Positions 51,842 through 58,353 of a stretch of DNA of 58,353 bases are shown in pieces. Position numbers and translations under genes: made by a program. Under the pieces are notes generated by a model. That model was given only the letters and a program-made list of their open reading frames with translations. It searched no databases and was not told the DNA's origin. How positions within the stretch are numbered: position 1 is the first letter of the stretch; every line of letters starts with the position of its first letter. The stretch comes from an uncultured Actinomycetota bacterium (GTDB taxonomy: Bacteria > Actinomycetota > Humimicrobiia > Humimicrobiales > Humimicrobiaceae): assembly GCA_964387355.1 (NCBI GenBank), contig CAYLWJ010000137.1, positions 1 through 58,353 on the forward strand, written 5' to 3'.

Positions 51842-52612
51842 ATGTTTTTTAAAATTAATGTAAAAAAATCCCAAAAAAAGATTTTTGCTTTTGTTTTTGT
51901 TGGGGTTTTAGGGTTGTTGCTTATCTTTTCTATGAGCAGCTGTGTAACAATTAAGATAGATAAGTTAAAAGGCAGTGATAATATTGTTATAAAAGAATTT
52001 GATATTGATAGTTTTGAAAGGCTTGATTTTAGTGGTATAGGTAAAATAATAATAAAGCCGGACAATGTTGAATCTCTAAAGGTTGAAGCTGAAGATAATA
52101 TTATTAAAGATTTACATATATTTAATAAAGGCAATACTTTATTTATAGGTTTTAAAAAGAATATTATTAAAGTTATACCAACTAGGGACATTGTATTTTA
52201 CTTAACTGTTAAAAACTTAGAAAAAATAAATATTTCTGGCGCTGGCAGTATAGAATGCGATGATATTAAATTAAATAGCCTTTCAATAAATTCAAGTGGA
52301 GCTGGAAATATAAAAATGTATTTAACAGCAGAAAAACTTAATATAAATATTTCTGGTGCTGGCAAAATTGAATTGGCAGGTGAAGTTAAAACACAAAAAT
52401 TAAATATTTCAGGAGTAGGCAATTACTTTGCAAAGGAGCTTGTAAGCAATGATTGTGAAATTGATATAAGTGGTGCAGGAAAAGCTATAGTAAATGTTAT
52501 TCAGAACCTTGATGTAAGACTTAGCGGTGTTGGTAAAGTTGAGTATTTGGGCAGCCCTTCAGTAGTACAAAATATTTCAGGAGTGGGCGGCTCAGTTCAA
52601 AAAATAGAATAA
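51842..52612 (+). CDS. DUF2807 / head-GIN-domain beta-helix lipoprotein
   Basis: Lipobox MSSC; repeated I.ISGAG/SGVG units; ends V.Y.GSP.V.QNISG.G. Confidence 0.85.
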   Translation: MFFKINVKKSQKKIFAFVFVGVLGLLLIFSMSSCVTIKIDKLKGSDNIVIKEFDIDSFERLDFSGIGKIIIKPDNVESLKVEAEDNIIKDLHIFNKGNTLFIGFKKNIIKVIPTRDIVFYLTVKNLEKINISGAGSIECDDIKLNSLSINSSGAGNIKMYLTAEKLNINISGAGKIELAGEVKTQKLNISGVGNYFAKELVSNDCEIDISGAGKAIVNVIQNLDVRLSGVGKVEYLGSPSVVQNISGVGGSVQKIE

Positions 52613-52681
52613 TTTCTTTTTTTTTAATTTATTTTTTTAAATATTTTTTAAATTAAAGGTAAAGAGAGAAAGGAAAATAAA

Positions 52682-53119
52682 ATGAAAGAATTAAAAAAAG
52701 AAGAGTTGGAAAAAGGAAAAAAAGCTATTGAAGGGCCCATGATTTATTTCTGGGTAATTGCAGTAATAGTTGGTATCAGTCTATTTTCTTTAAATTTTGG
52801 TGACTGGATGAGAAGTATTCATATTGGACCAATTGAGATTGGGCTTCCTTCCCAAAATTCCTCATTTCTTTTTCTAGGATTATATGTTGCTGCTCTTGTT
52901 GGGTTATATATTAGAAAAGGATGGGCTGTTCCAGTAGGAAGAGCAGGGCTGGTAGTGTCAATGGTTGTATTTTTCCCAGTAGGGACTATCTTTGGTGCCA
53001 TTTTGTGGAAGAGATTTAATGACCCTTTAGCTAAAAAATACTTAAATTATGAGATTAAAGAAGAGACTAATGAAACTAATTTAAGTGGCAATGGCAATGA
53101 AAATCAAAAAAACAATTAA
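52682..53119 (+). CDS. Hypothetical membrane protein (about 3 TM)
   Basis: 145 aa ORF with AAGGA RBS and hydrophobic segments. Confidence 0.7.
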   Translation: MKELKKEELEKGKKAIEGPMIYFWVIAVIVGISLFSLNFGDWMRSIHIGPIEIGLPSQNSSFLFLGLYVAALVGLYIRKGWAVPVGRAGLVVSMVVFFPVGTIFGAILWKRFNDPLAKKYLNYEIKEETNETNLSGNGNENQKNN

Positions 53120-53168
53120 AAAGTATAATTAAATTTATATTGTTAAAAATAATATAGGTAAAAAAATA

Positions 53169-53269
53169 AAGCTAGCTTGGTTTATTATTTAAATTAACTA
53201 TAAGTGACATTAGTTACGATATTTATTAAATCTAATAATTGCTAAATGTGATAATAACCAAGCTAGCTT
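53169..53269. repeat. Long-spaced inverted repeat between convergent genes
   Basis: AAGCTAGCTTGGTTTATTA (53169-53187) pairs with TAATAACCAAGCTAGCTT (53252-53269) with one bulge. Confidence 0.75.
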
Positions 53270-53361
53270 AAAAATTATTATACTTTTTAATAAAATTTAT
53301 TATTTTTTATTTGTTTTAATGCAATTTATATTTAATATTTTATATAATTTTAACCTTTAAT

Positions 53362-54708
53362 TTAATAGTAGCTTACATTAAAACTGATACCAGAAGGATC
53401 ATATTCCCAGCCATCCCATTGACCATCACTATCAGTGAATGAACCTGTAAAATGGATTCTAATTTGAAATTTGGTTTTACCATCGTTAATTGCATTCTGC
53501 AGCATAGTTTTTAATGCTGCAGCGTTTACAGTAAACGAGCCTGTCCCGCTGCTTGGAAAACTTTGGATTACTGTACCTGAGATCCCAAAATCAGCACCAT
53601 TAGGAGGACCTGAGCCCCAGTCAATTGTAGTAAACGTTAAGTTGCCGAATACAGTTGATGGTTCACCCCATTTTTTCTTTAAATTAAAGGTAATTGACGC
53701 AGAGTCTACTGTTTTTCCTGATAAACTGGAGATATTAAAACAAATAAATCCCTGTACAGGTATATTAGTATTAGTATCACCTGCATATACACAGCCAGGT
53801 ACATTTACAATTGCACCTCCTTGGGCTATATAACCTGTTTCAGATAATATCACAGGCATTAATTCACTAACAACAGCAGGAGGAAGTGGAGGAAGTGAAA
53901 CGGTAACAGTCTTTTGCTTTTCGTCACTACCGCCTTTACCGTCTTCAACTTTAACTTTTATCTGGCAGTCACCTTCTGTAGCTGGAGCTGTCCAATTAGT
54001 GGGATTGCTAGTGCTGCTTGAAAGTGAACCGCTAGAAACTGTCCACTTATAAGTTAGACTGTCGTTATCCAGGTCTATCGCATTAACTGAAAGAACATAA
54101 GTTAACCCTATTTTTGGATTATTATCTGAAATTAAAATTTCCTGAATTTGTGGGTTTCTATTTTCTTCGCCACAGCCCCAGTCTAAGTTTAATGTTGCAG
54201 TAGCTGTGTCTACAGAGTTTTTTGCAGTAGCTGTTAAGGTATAGCTTGAACCCCTTGATATGTTTATCTGACATTTATACTCACCCCATGCGCCGCCGCT
54301 GTCGTCTTTGCTAAATTTTACAGCTGGCTTTGGTTTGCCTGTAACAATAGCTTTTATTCTGTAATAACATATATCATCGGCTGCAGAATAAGTGGGTCCT
54401 TCATATATTTCAAGCTTAATGGTAGGTGCTTCATTTTCTTGACTACTCTCAGTGGTCTCTGAGGTTTCATTTGCTGTTTGGTTTGTTTGTTCTTCGTTTT
54501 GTATTGTTTCTGATTCAGATGAAGAAGAAGTTTTTGCTGTATCAGTTTCTTTGCTTTCTTCTTTAGTGCTTTCGGTATCTGTAGATTTTGAAGGTGTGCC
54601 ACATTGTGTACAAACTGCTGAAATTGTAAAGAAAAAAACTATTAGAAGAACAGATAAAACTAAATAAATATTTTTTTTAGTTTTCTTAAGTTTTTTTGTT
54701 TTGGGTAT
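53362..54708 (-). CDS. 448-aa surface lipoprotein with Ig/PKD-like domains; non-canonical start or early nonsense codon
   Basis: The frame of the listed 165-aa ORF stays open up to ATA at 54708: basic N-region, TM, SAVC lipobox, Ser/Thr/Glu linker, Ig-like D.DNDSLTYKW..WTAP..VEDGKGG. Confidence 0.75.
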   Translation of the reverse strand: MPKTKKLKKTKKNIYLVLSVLLIVFFFTISAVCTQCGTPSKSTDTESTKEESKETDTAKTSSSSESETIQNEEQTNQTANETSETTESSQENEAPTIKLEIYEGPTYSAADDICYYRIKAIVTGKPKPAVKFSKDDSGGAWGEYKCQINISRGSSYTLTATAKNSVDTATATLNLDWGCGEENRNPQIQEILISDNNPKIGLTYVLSVNAIDLDNDSLTYKWTVSSGSLSSSTSNPTNWTAPATEGDCQIKVKVEDGKGGSDEKQKTVTVSLPPLPPAVVSELMPVILSETGYIAQGGAIVNVPGCVYAGDTNTNIPVQGFICFNISSLSGKTVDSASITFNLKKKWGEPSTVFGNLTFTTIDWGSGPPNGADFGISGTVIQSFPSSGTGSFTVNAAALKTMLQNAINDGKTKFQIRIHFTGSFTDSDGQWDGWEYDPSGISFNVSYY

Positions 54709-55047
54709 TTATTGCAATTTACCCCTTGCTTTTCTTGTTATAAATGTTGTTTGTAATATTAATTACAAATATATATAAAACAATCATAATACCATTAATA
54801 AAAAAAATAAATAAAAATTAAATTTTTAATAAAAACATTGTTTTATGGTTAAAATTATAAAAATACCAATTATAAAAAATACCCATTGTAAAATTTTTAT
54901 ATTTAATAAAGTATGTGTAAAAACATCTTTTAGATAGTGCAATTAATGAAATATTATTATCTTATTATATGAGGCAAAATAAATGTTTGATAATTATGGT
55001 ATAATAAATAATTAAAAAAAGTTGTTGGGTAAAGGAGTATTGTATTT

Positions 55048-55626
55048 ATGAATAATGCAAGTAAAAATCCAAGTAGAAATGCAAGTAATGAAAGTAATAC
55101 AAGTAACAATGCAGGTAATAATGCAAGTAATAATACCAGTAACAATACAGATAATAATACAAGTGGTAATGTAAGTAATTATATTGGAATTGGTGCAGAT
55201 CATGCAGGCTATTTATATAAAGAGCAACTAAAAGAATGGCTTAAAGGGTTAGGTTTTCATGTAAGAGATTTTGGGTTTTATAGTGAAGAATCAAAAAGGG
55301 ATTATAGCTTTGTTGAGGACTTAGCCCAAGCATTAAACTCTGGGGAAATTTCAAGAGGTATATGTATTTGCGGAACAGGAATTGCTGTTTGTATGTGTGC
55401 AAATAAAATAAAAGGTATTAGAGCTGCGCTTTGTAATGATATTTTTACTGCAAGAAAATCAAGGCAGCATAATGATGCAAATGTGCTAACATTTGGTTCA
55501 AGGGTTATTGGACTGGAACTTGCAATGGAAATAGTAAAGGTTTGGCTTGAAACTGATTTTGAGGGAGAAAGACACGCAGAGCGAAAAAAATATATTGATT
55601 ATTTAGAAAGTAAATATTTTTGTTAG
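55048..55626 (+). CDS. rpiB: RpiB/LacAB family sugar-phosphate isomerase with repetitive N-terminal extension
   Basis: GADHAG, CGTGI, ANKIKGIRAA, HNDANVL and FEGERH motifs. Confidence 0.92.
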   Translation: MNNASKNPSRNASNESNTSNNAGNNASNNTSNNTDNNTSGNVSNYIGIGADHAGYLYKEQLKEWLKGLGFHVRDFGFYSEESKRDYSFVEDLAQALNSGEISRGICICGTGIAVCMCANKIKGIRAALCNDIFTARKSRQHNDANVLTFGSRVIGLELAMEIVKVWLETDFEGERHAERKKYIDYLESKYFC

Positions 55627-55811
55627 ATTATTTTAAAATTTAAAAATAAAAAAAGGTTTAATTTATTTTAGAAGAAGGTTTAATTTATTTTAAAACTTAA
55701 CAAAATTAAAAATATTATTGTTTTAATATCACACTTTTTATATACTATTAAAACAATTAAAAATTTATTTTAAAAATTCTTTATAAGTTTTAATAATTTA
55801 GTATATAAATC

Positions 55812-55839
55812 ATAACAGTACTATATTATATACTGTTAT
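55812..55839. promoter_or_regulatory. Perfect 9-bp inverted repeat, candidate operator upstream of the aldolase
   Basis: ATAACAGTA-N10-TACTGTTAT. Confidence 0.45.
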
Positions 55840-55866
55840 TATTATTAAATCATTAATAATAATAAT

Positions 55867-55898
<32 letters not shown>

Positions 55899-55977
55899 TA
55901 ATTATATTGCTATTATTTTTATATGTTATTGATAATCAGTTGCAAATATGAGTAATTAAAGGGAGGTTGGTATTTAA

Positions 55978-56907
55978 TTGGTTGATTTAAAAAACATTCG
56001 TCAGTCAATTTGTAAAATTGGCAAACTTTTATATGAAAGGGATTTGACAGATTCAAGTGGGGGTAACATTTCTGTTAGAGATGGTAATTTAGTTTATATA
56101 AGCCCAAGAAGAGCTGGCAATGATCATCAATGGGAAATACAGGAAGACTCAATAATTGTCACTGATTTATGCAAAGTTCCTATAATTGGCAATGAGGAAA
56201 TGATTTCTCGTGAGGCGGCAACACATTATTACATTTACCAGAATTTTCCAGATGTTAATGCAGTTATTCATGCTCATCCTTTTTTTATGATGGCATTTGG
56301 GGCTGCACATATGGATATACCTGCTGTTAGTGAAGGAACTAGAGCTGTGATAGGGCTTCAGCCAATTACAAATATACCTGAAGTTGTGCCTGGATCTATT
56401 GAGCAGGCAGAGGAGATAGTTAAAAATTTTAAAAGAAGAAAGGAAATTGAGCCAGGTTGTGCTTTAATTTGCAATATTCCTTTTCATGGCAGTTTTGCGG
56501 CTGGCGCTAATCTAAATGATGCTTTTATGTACACTGAAGTTGCAAATAACTGTGCTAAAATATTGATATATAGGCAGATTATGTTTGGAAATGACCCAAA
56601 AGCTGATTTTTCTATACATAAACAATTTACAAAAGAAGATTTTAAAACAATTGATAAGTCAAAAGAAGTATGCAAGCCTGGTTATGTGTACACTGATATT
56701 TTTGGAAGGTCCGTAATATATGGTAGTCTTAGTGGTGAAAATACCTCTCAAAATATTTTGAATAATAACCAGCAAAATGTTTCAAGCCATAATAACAGCT
56801 TAAAAAAAGAAGATACTCCAAACACTTCTTATAGTATTAATGATAAAAATTTGGTTTCTGCAATAGTAGAAGAAGTACTGCAAAAGCTGAAAATAAAAAA
56901 AATATAA
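55978..56907 (+). CDS. Class II aldolase/adducin family protein with C-terminal encapsulation-peptide-like helix
   Basis: GGNISVR, SRE..TH, IHAHP and FHG motifs; low-complexity linker then LVSAIVEEVLQKL; GGGAGG RBS before TTG. Confidence 0.88.
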   Translation: MVDLKNIRQSICKIGKLLYERDLTDSSGGNISVRDGNLVYISPRRAGNDHQWEIQEDSIIVTDLCKVPIIGNEEMISREAATHYYIYQNFPDVNAVIHAHPFFMMAFGAAHMDIPAVSEGTRAVIGLQPITNIPEVVPGSIEQAEEIVKNFKRRKEIEPGCALICNIPFHGSFAAGANLNDAFMYTEVANNCAKILIYRQIMFGNDPKADFSIHKQFTKEDFKTIDKSKEVCKPGYVYTDIFGRSVIYGSLSGENTSQNILNNNQQNVSSHNNSLKKEDTPNTSYSINDKNLVSAIVEEVLQKLKIKKI

Positions 56908-56927
56908 AAAAATAAGGAAAAGCCAAG

Positions 56928-57833
56928 ATGATTTTAGAAGAAAAACAAAATAAAAACATTTTTAGAAAAATGGTTTTTTTTGCTAACTGGAAAATCTATA
57001 TGAAGTCACGATTAGAAGTTCAAAAATACGTAGAGATAATAAATAATGAGCTAAACGGTTTTAATACTGATATCTTAGAAGTACATATAATGACAGATTT
57101 TTTATCTTTTGAATATGTTAAGAAAAATTTAAAAGATAAAAATATTAAAGTGGGTGTGCAAGACTTATTTTGGGAAGATTACGGCTCTTTTGCAGGTGAG
57201 GTTTCTCCTTTGATGTTAAAAGATTTAGGATGTGATAGCGCCTATATTGGCCACTCAGAAAGAAAACTTTATTTTGGTGAAACAGATGAAAATATAAATA
57301 AAAAAATAATTGCATGCTTAAGGAATAATATAACTCCAATGTTTTTCATTGGTGAAACAAAAGAAGAGTTAATGCAGGGAAAAACAGAAGAAGTTTTAAA
57401 AAGACAGCTTGCTATTGGATTGAAAGACATTAATCCTAAGTTTATAGAGAAAATAATTTTTATTTATGAACCAAGGTGGGCTATTGGAAAGAAAGATTCT
57501 GCAAGCCCAGATTTAATAAGAGAAATGCATTTAAAAACAAGGCAATTAATTGATGAGTTATATAATGAAGTTAGTGTTCGAAATGAAAAAACTGGCAATG
57601 AAATAATTGGCAATGAAATAACTAGGAATGAAATTACTGGCAATAAAAGCGCTGGCATTAAAAGCGCTGTAAGAGTTCTATATGGCGGAAGTGTTAATTT
57701 AGAAAATTTAAATCAAATTATTTCAATTGACCAGGTTGATGGAGTTGGGGCTGCAAGAGCAGCAATTGAATCTAAAAATTTCATTAAGTTTATAAAAGAA
57801 ATAGAAAATATAGGATTTTTACGTGCCAGATAG
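56928..57833 (+). CDS. Triosephosphate isomerase family protein (divergent)
   Basis: ANWK, GEVSP, IGHSER, YEPRWAIG and LYGGSV present; loop 8 is GVGAARAA instead of GxLVGGAS. Confidence 0.88.
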   Translation: MILEEKQNKNIFRKMVFFANWKIYMKSRLEVQKYVEIINNELNGFNTDILEVHIMTDFLSFEYVKKNLKDKNIKVGVQDLFWEDYGSFAGEVSPLMLKDLGCDSAYIGHSERKLYFGETDENINKKIIACLRNNITPMFFIGETKEELMQGKTEEVLKRQLAIGLKDINPKFIEKIIFIYEPRWAIGKKDSASPDLIREMHLKTRQLIDELYNEVSVRNEKTGNEIIGNEITRNEITGNKSAGIKSAVRVLYGGSVNLENLNQIISIDQVDGVGAARAAIESKNFIKFIKEIENIGFLRAR

Positions 57834-57907
57834 ATTAAATGATAAAGCTGTACTAATTATATATAGGTAGTAGCACTGGTATTGGTAAAGGAATGCTATT
57901 GTCATAA
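57823..57907 (+). pseudogene. Truncated, frameshifted N-terminus of an SDR oxidoreductase
   Basis: AGGA RBS and GTG overlapping the TIM end give MPDRLNDKAVLII, then an extra TATA, then GSSTGIGKGM (GxxxGIG Rossmann motif); stops at the IS end. Confidence 0.7.
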
Positions 57908-58353
57908 GTTAGCGTCTCAAATCTGGTGCTTCACACCACTCACTTCTAAGTTTTAGTTTTATTAATCTACCAATTTTTATGTAATTTTTAAAATAATTTT
58001 AAATCCTTTATAAACAATTTTACAAATAATAATAAAAAATAAAAAATAAATAATAGTATTTATACTATGCTGCTATAGATAAACAATTATTACTTTTGCT
58101 ATTTATATACAAAAGTCTTTAGTGCAAGAAGGTTAGCTTAAACCCTCTTTTGATAAGCTCATACCTCTTAGTTTAAACCTACGTGCTACTTTTATGTCTA
58201 TATTTTTTTCTACTGCAGGCAAGCCAACTTTTAAAAGCTCTTTTGGGATTTTTTCTTTTAGTTTATCTATTGCCCAGATACTATCCATATTTGAATTTAT
58301 ATAAGAGATAAGGGCCTTTTTGTCTTTATCTGTTATAAGCCCGTTTAACTTTG
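57908..58353 (-). mobile_element. Decayed ISLre2-family insertion sequence (3' part, continues past the window)
   Basis: Minus frame 58351-58133 ends AVEKNIDIKVARRFKLRGMSLSKEG, and a shifted frame gives ANLLALK, resembling the UPF0236/ISLre2 C-terminus; candidate terminal repeat GTTAGCGTCTCAAATCTGGT at 57908. Confidence 0.75.

Noticed and set aside
57860..57945. GC-richer patch resembling a tRNA or ncRNA
   Set aside because: No cloverleaf or T-loop; better explained as SDR stub plus IS end

Overview
A 58 kb, very AT-rich (about 25-30% GC by eye) bacterial chromosomal segment, mostly housekeeping and anaerobic metabolism. It carries a PotBCDA-type ABC transporter; a lipoate ligase-DUF116 fusion divergent from a LipS2/LipS1-type radical SAM pair; argS-lysA-hom-thrC-apgM-sppA; topA, a two-subunit fumarase, tmk, holB, ricT and tRNA-Thr(CGT); nadABC; a TPR lytic transglycosylase; a polyprenyl synthase with a degenerate paralog and a B12 radical SAM; glnS; and an iorAB-ACT-small protein-symporter-paaK-paaK cluster. 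At the right end are surface lipoproteins and an rpiB / class II aldolase / TIM-like / broken SDR sugar locus cut by a decayed ISLre2-type element. The synteny is actinobacterial despite the low GC, suggesting a deep-branching anaerobic Actinomycetota lineage such as Ca. Humimicrobiia (inference). The most notable signals are: a microcompartment-type encapsulation peptide on the aldolase; the LipS1/S2 plus ligase-DUF116 module; pervasive short tandem duplications that put Asn-rich inserts into core enzymes and duplicate gene ends; four coding elements missed by the ORF track; and a GC-skew flip near 51.6 kb. All family calls come from motif recognition, not database searches.
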